Below are positions 9,339 to 17,817 of a DNA stretch of 64,000 nucleotides, in pieces. The DNA is from a virus. The stretch lies in the IMG/VR virus record IMGVR_UViG_3300035070_002905, positions 32,001-96,000 of that record, one strand, 5' to 3'. Below the pieces are notes generated by a model. The model was not told where the DNA came from. It made no database searches and worked only from the letters and a program-made list of their open reading frames with translations. The position numbers and the translations under genes are program-made. Each line of letters opens with the position of its first letter. Positions within the stretch are counted from its first letter, which is position 1.

Positions 9339-9701
9339 ATGAACATTACAATAGGTAACAAGGAAGTAGGTGAGGCCATTCGTCGATACATCAAATCGGA
9401 GACCGGCATGGATGCCGAGGGTGATATCGCCTGGGATATCGGCGGAGATCATCCCGGCGAGCCACGTATCATTGGCATCCATTCCGAGATCAGGATCGAC
9501 GTTAATGTGGATATAAAAAAGCCTGCGCCCGACTTGAGTAAACCCACACCTCGTAAAATAAATGATCTAGGGGATATCTTTAGGGATAGAGCCATCGAGC
9601 GAGGTCTACCATACCAAGAGCCACAGCCTCGGTGGCAGCACCCTCACTACCAACCGCACACGATATTATGTAAGGGACAACATGTGGATACCAAGGCATA
9701 G
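9339..9701 (+). CDS. Hypothetical protein
   Basis: ORF in operon context. Confidence 0.55.
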   Translation: MNITIGNKEVGEAIRRYIKSETGMDAEGDIAWDIGGDHPGEPRIIGIHSEIRIDVNVDIKKPAPDLSKPTPRKINDLGDIFRDRAIERGLPYQEPQPRWQHPHYQPHTILCKGQHVDTKA

Positions 9702-9930
9702 CTACGCTTTAATTCAGGAAGATCCTCCTAAGCGTATCAGCAACATCATCGAAGCAACTATACACGAAGTTCCCTCTGACGAGGGTACTGTCATTCACGG
9801 CGGCGACACCGACCTAGAGATAGGTCAACGTGTTAAATTTAAACGTCATTTCACTACTACTGATATCGACGGCCAACTACTAATTAACGACAAGGATATA
9901 ATCGCATGCTTAGCGCCTACCAAGTCTTAG
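9682..9930 (+). CDS. GroES-like co-chaperonin
   Basis: IPRHSYALI...[17 protein letters not shown]...[10 protein letters not shown] parallels the GroES pattern (RPLHDRVIV...GEVLAVG..VKVGDIVIF...IMSESDILA). Confidence 0.6.
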   Translation: MWIPRHSYALIQEDPPKRISNIIEATIHEVPSDEGTVIHGGDTDLEIGQRVKFKRHFTTTDIDGQLLINDKDIIACLAPTKS

Positions 9931-10274
9931 ATGCACACGAAGAAGATATGATCGGTTCAATCTGGATCGTAGAAGACGGGACAGCGCGATGCGTTGCCGG
10001 TCGTAAGGATATGGAAGGCCTAGTAGTAGAAGAGTCTGATCTTCTATTCCTAGAGAGCCGACCTGTAGAAGTAAAGACCTGCCCTAAAGTAGAAGGCGGT
10101 CAACACCTCAATGTGAACGTACTGGATCGAGAGACGCTGATGGACGCAGCTGAGAATCCCGAGAAGTACCCTCAGTTAACCATCCGAGTCTCTGGATATG
10201 CAGTGCGTTTTAACTCACTGACTAAGGAGCAACAACAGGATGTCATCAACCGGACCTTCACAGAAGCAGTCTAA
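9906..10274 (+). CDS. grcA: Autonomous glycyl radical cofactor
   Basis: [11 protein letters not shown]...[31 protein letters not shown]. Confidence 0.95.
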   Translation: MLSAYQVLDAHEEDMIGSIWIVEDGTARCVAGRKDMEGLVVEESDLLFLESRPVEVKTCPKVEGGQHLNVNVLDRETLMDAAENPEKYPQLTIRVSGYAVRFNSLTKEQQQDVINRTFTEAV

Positions 10275-10386
10275 TCCGGTAGCTAAGTACGCCCGTGACT
10301 TTAACGTCGCGGCCGTACACCGGGACCGTAAGAAAGATAATCGTAAAGGTTATCGCAAACACAAAGGCTCCTACGGGGGCCTTTAA
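10240..10386 (+). CDS. Small basic protein (48 aa), ArfA-like pattern; not in ORF track
   Basis: SD AAGGAG; [48 protein letters not shown]. Confidence 0.6.
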   Translation: MSSTGPSQKQSNPVAKYARDFNVAAVHRDRKKDNRKGYRKHKGSYGGL

Positions 10387-10393
10387 TTTTTTT
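10363..10393 (+). terminator. Intrinsic terminator
   Basis: AAAGGCTCC-TACG-GGGGCCTTT plus a T tract. Confidence 0.75.
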
Positions 10394-10417
10394 AGCTCAA
10401 CTTAAGTCCTAAAAATT

Positions 10418-10431
10418 GTTATAAGTAATAT
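10418..10431 (+). promoter_or_regulatory. Class A promoter-like motif GTTATAAGTAATAT
   Basis: Follows a terminator and precedes a new operon; repeated motif. Confidence 0.7.
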
Positions 10432-10472
10432 GTAAGGATGTATATTATTTGTCGTAATTAAAGGATATTATT

Positions 10473-11105
10473 ATGAAAAAGCTAATAGCGTTGTTATTTG
10501 TACTTATACTTTCAGGCTGTGCTAATGGAATACCTACTATGAGTTATTCTAGTACTACGCCGGAAGCCCTTGAGAATACTGAAAAACTATTCGTCGGAGT
10601 CCCCGTACTGCTAAGTATGGAAGGTTCTTCTGCACGTCTTAATGAGGACTGGATCGTCACCGTTAAGCACAACTCGCTAATCATGGGTCTACAAGGAGTA
10701 GAATCCTACGAACACCCTACGTGTGATATAGCATTGATTAAATCTAAAGGAGATAACGTAGTACCTACAGGTAAGTTGTATTCAAACGATAAGGTAGTCC
10801 ATGTCGGCTATCCCGTTGGAATGCCCCTGTCTGTGAATGAAGGAGTTTACCTAGGAGATACCTCCGTTCGAGGTTGGGGTGAATGTTCTTACTCTGCTAC
10901 TACCGGAGTCGTAATGAGCGGTATGAGTGGAGGTGGCGTGTATAACGCCGCAGGAGAATTAGTAGGAGTAAACCATGGGTTTGCTACGGGTGAGCTAGTC
11001 TGGCCCGACGGACGCACGGCAGATTCGCCAGCAGTATTCCTATCGCTATTCGCGGTAGAGGATTGGATCGAAGAAGTAACAGGTTTAAAGTTGTATGCTA
11101 ATTAA
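10473..11105 (+). CDS. Lipoprotein, trypsin-like serine protease
   Basis: Lipobox LSGC; TVKH, DIALI and GMSGG catalytic-triad motifs. Confidence 0.8.
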   Translation: MKKLIALLFVLILSGCANGIPTMSYSSTTPEALENTEKLFVGVPVLLSMEGSSARLNEDWIVTVKHNSLIMGLQGVESYEHPTCDIALIKSKGDNVVPTGKLYSNDKVVHVGYPVGMPLSVNEGVYLGDTSVRGWGECSYSATTGVVMSGMSGGGVYNAAGELVGVNHGFATGELVWPDGRTADSPAVFLSLFAVEDWIEEVTGLKLYAN

Positions 11106-11153
11106 TAACAGAGGGCATTTTCGAGTGTCCTCGATTATTAACTAGGAGATACC

Positions 11154-11579
11154 ATGAGACTACTATTATTATTAATGTCGTTCAGCCTACAGGCGCATCC
11201 ATTAGATGAGCTTGTAGATATATTCGACGAGCTACAGTACGATACCGTAGAGCAGTGCCAGGAGATTATCGATACCAATCCGGTAGCAGTCCCCGAGTCA
11301 CCGCAATGCCAGTACCTAGCAGAGAAGGGTGCGCGAGTCATCGAGGTCATCGCCCTGAGCATGGCCGCCGAGGGGATCCCTGTACATAAAGATAATCGTC
11401 GCGAGCTAATCACTCCGGCGATATTGGAGGTAGGTCTATTCGATGCTACCGTAGTAATAGCTGATGCCATGGACGTCTCGGACGCCTCTGTGTACATCGG
11501 CAAGAATCACCCAGAGATGGTTGAAAAGTATATTCGTCCAGAGATGGTCGACACGTTAACTAAAGCAGGTTTATTATGA
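11154..11579 (+). CDS. Exported hypothetical protein
   Basis: Signal-peptide-like MRLLLLLMSFSLQA. Confidence 0.65.
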   Translation: MRLLLLLMSFSLQAHPLDELVDIFDELQYDTVEQCQEIIDTNPVAVPESPQCQYLAEKGARVIEVIALSMAAEGIPVHKDNRRELITPAILEVGLFDATVVIADAMDVSDASVYIGKNHPEMVEKYIRPEMVDTLTKAGLL

Positions 11580-12229
11580 AACACTATTATGAATTTTTAT
11601 TAGAACTACCCGTACACCTACTGTCAGATTCATACGAGTACATTAAACGCTCGGATGCCGCTCATAACGAGGAGCATATCCGTGCCGTTGTACGTGCTGC
11701 AGATGATCTGGCAGATCGTTCAGAACTACCCCCGTCTATCCGTCCGCATCTAATGGCGGCGGCGTTGATGCACGACCTAGGCTGTGCCATTCGCGGTGGT
11801 CGAGATATCCACGAGACTCTCTCGGCTCAGATCGCCTACGGCTTACTTAAGGATTGCGGCATGTACCTAGAGCCTAACATCGTTCTACCGGCCATCCGTA
11901 AGCACCGTGCAAGTTACACCGGTGAACGTACCGGTAAGATCGAGAAGATCCTCGCAGCGGCAGATCGTTGCGATACCCTAAACCTAGGCCTGCTGTTCTA
12001 CCGTTCGGCTGTATACGCTATGGATGCCTATGATGTCTGTGAGGATGTCGCAATCGCCCATAGCCATGAGCACATCGCTACTAAGTACAAGTCGACCGGC
12101 CGCGGCTGTCTACTGAATAACTGTATGATGATGGAGTTCTACCCAGAAGAATGCCGCGAGATTACTGCGCGCATGGAAACTATCACCGTCGAAGAAGTAC
12201 GTCAACTAGTTATGGAGTTTAAGAAATGA
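11576..12229 (+). CDS. HD-domain hydrolase
   Basis: AHNEEH, LMHDLG, HETLSA, KHR, AADR. Confidence 0.8.
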   Translation: MKHYYEFLLELPVHLLSDSYEYIKRSDAAHNEEHIRAVVRAADDLADRSELPPSIRPHLMAAALMHDLGCAIRGGRDIHETLSAQIAYGLLKDCGMYLEPNIVLPAIRKHRASYTGERTGKIEKILAAADRCDTLNLGLLFYRSAVYAMDAYDVCEDVAIAHSHEHIATKYKSTGRGCLLNNCMMMEFYPEECREITARMETITVEEVRQLVMEFKK

Positions 12230-12660
12230 GCTTAGTTACTAATACGCAAAACCTAGCAGTTACTACTAGCCGCAAGATCGCAGATACTTTCGGTAAGCAG
12301 CATAAGCACGTACTTCGCGATATCGAATCGTACCTAGGTATGAAAGATCTTATTCTAAGTCCAGACCTGGACCTAGATTTTTCCGTTAACATTCAAGAAC
12401 TTGAAGGCGGCAATGGACGAGGCAAGGAGTACATCCTATCTGAAAGTGCCTGCACGCTAGTCATTATGTCGTACACCGGACCTCGCGCGATGGACTTTAA
12501 GAAGTCGTACATCCGGGAGTTCAACCGTATGCGCGGCTACTTGACTGCACGAGATTCTGCTCTGGCAGATTATGATGAGGATCGTGAAGATCCTGGAGAT
12601 AAATACGAGTTCGCTCGCATCGATGGTTTCCACGGTGTATTGGAGGACTTAGGGTTATAA
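12226..12660 (+). CDS. Rha-family phage regulatory protein
   Basis: TTSRKIADTFGKQHKHVLRDIE...YTG.RAMDFKKSYIREFNRM. Confidence 0.85.
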   Translation: MSLVTNTQNLAVTTSRKIADTFGKQHKHVLRDIESYLGMKDLILSPDLDLDFSVNIQELEGGNGRGKEYILSESACTLVIMSYTGPRAMDFKKSYIREFNRMRGYLTARDSALADYDEDREDPGDKYEFARIDGFHGVLEDLGL

Positions 12661-12673
12661 TTAAGGAGACATT

Positions 12674-12739
12674 ATGAGACGTTCAACTAAACTACGTCAA
12701 CGTAAGCGCCTATGGGCGTTCTATCAAAACAAAAAGTAA
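12674..12739 (+). CDS. Very basic 21-aa micro-peptide
   Basis: SD TAAGGAG; MRRSTKLRQRKRLWAFYQNKK*. Confidence 0.5.
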   Translation: MRRSTKLRQRKRLWAFYQNKK

Positions 12740-12747
12740 GGTATCTT

Positions 12748-13320
12748 ATGTACAGCAAAGCGTTAACTGAAATGATGAAGGTGGCTACCGAGCACGGTCT
12801 AACGGCCGATACTCTAGTTATGACTGAAGAGATGTCTGGGGATTGGAAGAGTAAGGTAGGAGAGGCCCTTCCAGAGGACTTCGAAGGCCTGTCTCCAGAA
12901 ACCATGGGCATGCTTAAGATTATCATCCACCCTCTACCGGAGAATCATCTAGTTCTCCAGGAAAGTGAGTACGTCAAGGGCCAGGTAATCTGGGATGGCG
13001 AGAAGGCAGCCTACGCAGGTATCCCTAAGAATCCTACAGATCCTGTAGACGTTCTTAATGATATGATCTATGATAAGTTCGTCAGCTGTGCCAAGATGGA
13101 AGACGGCGAGCGAGTCGCCTTGATCGTCATCACTGAAGCCTGTAAGCCGGCCATGATGAAAGTCTGGGATAAGATCTACACTCCTTACGGCGGGTACCAG
13201 CTCCATATCGTACCTACTGAAGGCTACATCATCTCGTTCGCAGGCCAGAGTACCGATACTCTAGCGTTAATGGACATCTTGGATCCTGAAGTAGTGGAGG
13301 AACTATGCAAGCGTATATAG
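12748..13320 (+). CDS. Hypothetical protein
   Basis: Probable start MYSKA at 12748 (SD TAAGG). Confidence 0.6.
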   Translation: MYSKALTEMMKVATEHGLTADTLVMTEEMSGDWKSKVGEALPEDFEGLSPETMGMLKIIIHPLPENHLVLQESEYVKGQVIWDGEKAAYAGIPKNPTDPVDVLNDMIYDKFVSCAKMEDGERVALIVITEACKPAMMKVWDKIYTPYGGYQLHIVPTEGYIISFAGQSTDTLALMDILDPEVVEELCKRI

Positions 13321-13700
13321 ACGGAAGACTAGAACACAGCTGGAGCTGGGTGTATTTCCATGCGGCTCTTAACGATCTGATGGATGAGATACAAGACGCT
13401 CAGTACGCCGCCGGCGAGATTGATCATACCGTTCCGGGAGACCTAGTCTCTGCCGACGTAGATCAGCAGGAGGCTCCCCTCGGAATCTCCCCTGTGAATA
13501 TCCCCAACCCAGATAAAGATGATCCGGGAGAGGAGGAATTCCTTAAAGCCACCCTCTACATGTGGGAGGACGGGAGTACCTCTCGGGGAGTCCAAGGGGA
13601 GTACAACCGACGTCGCGGCTTGATCATTCTAAACGATGACGAGCAGAAACATCACGACTATGCACGTAAGTGTATGGAGGAACGTAAGGGGTCTCTATGA
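13305..13700 (+). CDS. Hypothetical acidic protein
   Basis: SD GGAGG. Confidence 0.6.
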   Translation: MQAYIDGRLEHSWSWVYFHAALNDLMDEIQDAQYAAGEIDHTVPGDLVSADVDQQEAPLGISPVNIPNPDKDDPGEEEFLKATLYMWEDGSTSRGVQGEYNRRRGLIILNDDEQKHHDYARKCMEERKGSL

Positions 13701-13915
13701 GTAAACTAGGCGCTGCTGGACATACATTCGATGTCCTTCAGGCCGGCTATGAAATCCATAAGTACCGAAAGGGTAAAATAGGTAAGAGGGCTCTAGCAGA
13801 GAATCTCTCTATTGTTGGAGCCGGAGTAGTCGGCGGTATATTTGGTGGTGTTATCGGAGGCCTTGCAGCGGGAGCTGCAGCTGGTCGTCTGGTAGACCAC
13901 CTCAAGAAGGCTTAG
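13697..13915 (+). CDS. Small glycine-zipper membrane protein
   Basis: GAGVVGGIFGGVIGGLAAGAAAG; terminator hairpin at 13904-13926. Confidence 0.6.
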   Translation: MSKLGAAGHTFDVLQAGYEIHKYRKGKIGKRALAENLSIVGAGVVGGIFGGVIGGLAAGAAAGRLVDHLKKA

Positions 13916-13942
13916 GCCTTCTTTTTCGCTTAAGGAAGAAAC

Positions 13943-14200
13943 ATGAACGAGCCAATCAACTCGTACGAAGGCTGGATGATTAATCCGGCGTACTTAACAC
14001 CAGCGCATATGGGTCAGTTCCGGCCTGCGTATAAGGAGAACAAGATGTCATTGAAAGAGAAGGCTCTACGAATCGCTAAGGGTAACGACGGCGAAGTCGA
14101 GAAGGGTGAAGCTAAGAAATTCCATAAGAATATGAAGGATATGAAAGATGACGGCAAACTTAACCGATCAGCGGAGCTTGCAGCTAAAGCGCGCAAGTGA
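13943..14200 (+). CDS. Small protein whose N-terminus copies the tape-measure N-terminal motif; internal start at 14045
   Basis: 19/29 aa identical to TMP residues 6-34; second SD TAAGGAG before the in-frame ATG at 14045. Confidence 0.7.
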   Translation: MNEPINSYEGWMINPAYLTPAHMGQFRPAYKENKMSLKEKALRIAKGNDGEVEKGEAKKFHKNMKDMKDDGKLNRSAELAAKARK

Positions 14201-15038
14201 TGCTCTAGAGAAGCAGGCGATTCTCGGTGCGGTAACTAGTTACTTCGCTCAGAATGCATATGGCGCCAAGCTAGCTCGTTCGGGTAAGTTCAAGAAGGAG
14301 ATTGCTACTTCAGCCGCCCAGGGTATCCTAGGCAAGAAGGCTCCACGGACCCTTAAGACGGTCGGTAAGGATGCCTGGTATGGAGTGGCCGCTCCGGAAG
14401 TTAACTCTATTAAGAACGAGGCCTATACCCAGGCTCAGCTCTTCCGGAGTAAACATGACGTCGGCGGGATGCTCGGTAAGCTTAGTAAGCGAGATCAGGC
14501 GGTAGCCCGTCTAGCCGCTGCAGGTGATATGGAAGGACTTAAGCGTATCGGTCAGCACAATAACCCGATCATTAAGAAGATCCAGGAGCAGAAGTCTAAG
14601 TATAACGTTCCAGATATCCCTAAGAAGACCATGAAGGAAGTCGGCAAGCTACCCGAGGGTTCTCGTGTACCGTCTAGTAATAAGGCTGCCATTGCCGCTA
14701 ACGTAGCGAGTATTCCAGTACTGGGTACCGGTACCGCCGCGCTGAACGCCGCCAAGCTGGCTGCAGGTACAGAGGCTGCCGGTAAGACTAATCTGATGCA
14801 GAAGGCTAAGGACAAGTTCGTAACGAAGCCGTTGAAGGCTAGCTTTAAGGCCGGTGAGGTAGGCAAGGAGTTTAACGCTAAGAAGTACTGGGCGGAGAGT
14901 CTATCGATGAACCCGTTCACTGCAGAGGCTAATAGGCAGGCTCATAAGGCCGGTTCTACTAGTGGCAAGAACGAAATCGTCCAGCGTGCACGTGCCGCCA
15001 AGGCAGAGGCAAAACGCATGCAGAGTATCAATAAATAG
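14148..15038 (+). CDS. Lys/Ala-rich basic protein (possible internal virion protein)
   Basis: 296-aa K/A-rich ORF; function inferred from composition only. Confidence 0.6.
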   Translation: MTANLTDQRSLQLKRASDALEKQAILGAVTSYFAQNAYGAKLARSGKFKKEIATSAAQGILGKKAPRTLKTVGKDAWYGVAAPEVNSIKNEAYTQAQLFRSKHDVGGMLGKLSKRDQAVARLAAAGDMEGLKRIGQHNNPIIKKIQEQKSKYNVPDIPKKTMKEVGKLPEGSRVPSSNKAAIAANVASIPVLGTGTAALNAAKLAAGTEAAGKTNLMQKAKDKFVTKPLKASFKAGEVGKEFNAKKYWAESLSMNPFTAEANRQAHKAGSTSGKNEIVQRARAAKAEAKRMQSINK

Positions 15039-15048
15039 GTCCGAAATT

Positions 15049-15062
15049 GTTATAAGTAATAT
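15049..15062 (+). promoter_or_regulatory. Class A promoter-like motif GTTATAAGTAATAT
   Basis: Identical to the 10418 copy; followed by SD GGAGG. Confidence 0.7.
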
Positions 15063-15076
15063 AGAATGGAGGACTT

Positions 15077-15175
15077 ATGGATACTCTACAAGCAGCCGTA
15101 ATTGGCTTAAAAGTATTAGTGATAATTGCCGGTGTCTGCTATGCAGTCTACCATCTAGCTAACGGCTCAACCTAA
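15077..15175 (+). CDS. Small membrane peptide (32 aa)
   Basis: SD GGAGG; MDTLQAAVIGLKVLVIIAGVCYAVYHLANGST*; terminator-like hairpin at 15164-15191. Confidence 0.6.
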   Translation: MDTLQAAVIGLKVLVIIAGVCYAVYHLANGST

Positions 15176-15204
15176 TGGTTGGGCCTTTTTTACAGGGTAA
15201 GAAA

Positions 15205-15402
15205 ATGATTCAATCTAAGATCGATGGAATGGCTAAGGCCAAAGCAAAGAAAGTTCTACTGGCTAAAGCTATTGAAGCCGGACTGGATCCTGAACTAATG
15301 ACCGAGAACATTGAAGCTAAGCTCGATGATCTCCTACAAGCTGTACTCGACGATGTCGGTTACGCACAACTAGCGGGCATTGCCCTAAGTAAGATGGACT
15401 AA
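15205..15402 (+). CDS. Hypothetical protein
   Basis: Probable start MIQSK. Confidence 0.55.
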   Translation: MIQSKIDGMAKAKAKKVLLAKAIEAGLDPELMTENIEAKLDDLLQAVLDDVGYAQLAGIALSKMD

Positions 15403-15530
15403 ATGTATACTATCTGTCACCGTGAAAACGGGTATATCACCCACTCGTACGTCCTGGCAGATAGTCTGGGCGAAGCCCGAGTGAAAGCCTATGTAAATTA
15501 TTCTACTACAATGAACGTAATGAGGTTCGT

Positions 15531-15737
15531 ATGAAAAAACTATTAGTTATTGCCGTCCTGGTTCTTACAGGTTGCGGCGCACAGCCTAACCCTGAAGCCG
15601 AAGCAACGGCTTTAGCTAATAAATGCTTCTCAGGAGTAACCTCGCCGGTTGATTCCATGGAATGGCACAAGAAGTCTGACGACTGGAAAAACTCTTACTA
15701 CATGCACTTTGACGCAATCAACTGCGAGGAAATCTAA
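15531..15737 (+). CDS. Small lipoprotein
   Basis: MKKLLVIAVLV-LTGC lipobox. Confidence 0.7.
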   Translation: MKKLLVIAVLVLTGCGAQPNPEAEATALANKCFSGVTSPVDSMEWHKKSDDWKNSYYMHFDAINCEEI

Positions 15738-15738
15738 C

Positions 15739-16104
15739 ATGAAATATCTACTTATTATACTAGCGTTATTCTCTCTGGCCGGTTGTGGTAAAACTGAAAC
15801 TGTATGGGGAGCAACTACTGGATTCGATGACTACGGCTTTAAGAGAGCTTCGGTAATCGGAGTCTCTACTGATGGGGATCACTACCTGATGTACTCTTGC
15901 GTAGACCGAGGGGTCGAGCCTACTGTACATACCTTCATCGGGAACAATAAGACTCATAAGGTTATCAAAGGAGTTTCTACTGTAGAGCTGCATGCTGCTA
16001 AATACGGTGGAGATAAATACGCTGAAATAGAATCTATAGAGTTTTCCGTTAGTAATTTCGGTGAGACTATGGATGAAGCCTGGAGCTACTGCAGAGGTAA
16101 GTAA
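15739..16104 (+). CDS. Lipoprotein
   Basis: MKYLLIILALFS-LAGC lipobox; start at 15739. Confidence 0.7.
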   Translation: MKYLLIILALFSLAGCGKTETVWGATTGFDDYGFKRASVIGVSTDGDHYLMYSCVDRGVEPTVHTFIGNNKTHKVIKGVSTVELHAAKYGGDKYAEIESIEFSVSNFGETMDEAWSYCRGK

Positions 16105-16325
16105 TGCAAACACATCCTGATCTACGTAAGGTCTTTGAAGACGCGTACAACAATCGTATCCTGACGTTCACCCTGAACGGGATAACTTTCATAGAAGTAT
16201 GGTTTTCCGAAACTAAACATTACGAATACATTCGTGGTACAAACCGAGGCTCGCCGATGAAGTTCTGTGAGTCTGAAGTAAACACTGCACTACTAAACAA
16301 CAAGTTCACCTGGAGAACAAAATGA
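16104..16325 (+). CDS. Hypothetical protein
   Basis: Coupled ORF. Confidence 0.55.
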   Translation: MQTHPDLRKVFEDAYNNRILTFTLNGITFIEVWFSETKHYEYIRGTNRGSPMKFCESEVNTALLNNKFTWRTK

Positions 16326-17209
16326 AGAAACTATTAGCACTTGCACTATTCACACCTATGGCTTTCGCTATGCCTACCGACCTTGCAGATATCTGTGAGA
16401 ACCCTGTAGTTCTACCTGCAGTAGTCGAGTACGCCGAGTGGAAGTATGCTCAGCCTGAGAACATCACGCTGGATCTATTGGAGAGCCGTCCTGGTGGAAG
16501 CTGGAAGGAGAAGGGTAAGCAACTCTTCAAGGACGTCCGTACCGAGAACGACAAGATCGCGATGCGCCTAGAAGAGTACCTAGATGTAGCCGACTATGAA
16601 GTAGCCGACCGCGTACTCGTTAAATTCGTCAAGATCAACGGTTCGATCCAGGGAGATAAGGAAGTCGAAGAACTATGTAACGTAGTCTACTCGGCCGAGC
16701 AGTTCCGTACCTACCAGGCCCGTCGTGTCGGACAGCTTAACGATGTAAGCTACAAGATCGATCAACTAGTAGTGAACCAGCCGGTTACCGTACACGAGCA
16801 CGCTCAGGTTAAGCGTGCCGAGATCGCGAAGGCCGAGCAGGAACGTAAGGCTAAGGAAGAGGCGGCTATCCGTGAGGAGGCTAAGCAGGAGGCCCTTCGT
16901 CTAGAGGCGGAGATGGCCAAGAAGGAAGCTGCAGCTCGTGTGGCTGCCGAGAAGGCTAGGGCTAAAGATCTGCTGGAAGAGGAAGCCCTGAAGCTTACTA
17001 TGGAGCTCGAGCAGAACTACATGGTGATCGAGAACTCTGCGATTGAAGTAGAGAAACTTGAGCAGATCCGTGCCGAGCTAGTCGAGAAGCTTGACCTAGT
17101 TAATCAAGGCGTGGAAGGCGCTAAGAATCGTGCCGATCAAGCGAGCATGAATGCAAGTGGAATCAAAGTGGTCCTTAAGGGTCTTAAAGCTAAATTGGAG
17201 AAAATGTAA
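16322..17209 (+). CDS. Exported coiled-coil protein
   Basis: Signal peptide ending AFA; E/A/K-rich coiled coil. Confidence 0.65.
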   Translation: MKKLLALALFTPMAFAMPTDLADICENPVVLPAVVEYAEWKYAQPENITLDLLESRPGGSWKEKGKQLFKDVRTENDKIAMRLEEYLDVADYEVADRVLVKFVKINGSIQGDKEVEELCNVVYSAEQFRTYQARRVGQLNDVSYKIDQLVVNQPVTVHEHAQVKRAEIAKAEQERKAKEEAAIREEAKQEALRLEAEMAKKEAAARVAAEKARAKDLLEEEALKLTMELEQNYMVIENSAIEVEKLEQIRAELVEKLDLVNQGVEGAKNRADQASMNASGIKVVLKGLKAKLEKM

Positions 17210-17766
17210 TGAAATATCGTTTACTAGAAGGTGTACTAAATGCAATTTGTGATGCCGGAAATACGCCTTATGTTAAGTGTTCTAACCTGCACCCTAACTA
17301 CCGTGGGCCTGAAGAATACGCTGTGGCTGGCTTTACCATTCACGCTATAGGTGGCAATGATGTCACTCACTTCGGTCTTGACGAGAACGGGATCTGCTTC
17401 CGTGCGTCATACAAAGGTGTAGCTCAAGACGTAACGCTTCCGCTAGATGGAATCTCTGCGCTCTACGCTAAGGAAGATCCTGAGATGGGTCTGCATTTCG
17501 ATGTAGCCGATGAGTTCCGAGATGTATTCTCAGAGCAGCAGATGGCAGCTGAACAGCAGGCGGTTACCATGTACGCTCACATCCTACAGCTACGCGATAA
17601 GCATGAGTTCTTCATGGAATCCGTAGAGACTCAGGGCGAGCAGCTACACGAGAAGCTGAAGGAGATCGTACGCTCGGCTCCTGCTCCGGCTCCTGCTCCG
17701 GCTCCTGACGAGTCTACCGGTTTCCGTAAGGAAGCTCATGTAGGCTGGAAGCCGCAAGTAGTATAA
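17209..17766 (+). CDS. sspB: SspB-like ClpXP adaptor
   Basis: YRLLEGVLNAICDAGNTPYV...PEEYAVAG...FRASYKGVAQDVTLPLDGISALYAKE matches the SspB pattern; (AP)5 linker and C-terminal KPQVV. Confidence 0.75.
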   Translation: MKYRLLEGVLNAICDAGNTPYVKCSNLHPNYRGPEEYAVAGFTIHAIGGNDVTHFGLDENGICFRASYKGVAQDVTLPLDGISALYAKEDPEMGLHFDVADEFRDVFSEQQMAAEQQAVTMYAHILQLRDKHEFFMESVETQGEQLHEKLKEIVRSAPAPAPAPAPDESTGFRKEAHVGWKPQVV

Positions 17767-17771
17767 AGCAA

Positions 17772-17815
17772 GAAGGGCACCCGTCTGGGTGCCCTTCGCT
17801 TACTGCTTCTTTTTT
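17772..17815. terminator. Terminator between convergent operons
   Basis: GAAGGGCACCC-GTCT-GGGTGCCCTTC. Confidence 0.8.
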
Positions 17816-17817
17816 CG

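Noticed and set aside
12654-12662. Extra class A promoter GTTATAATT
   Set aside because: It overlaps a stop codon and the next SD and lacks the downstream TAATAT, so it may be incidental.
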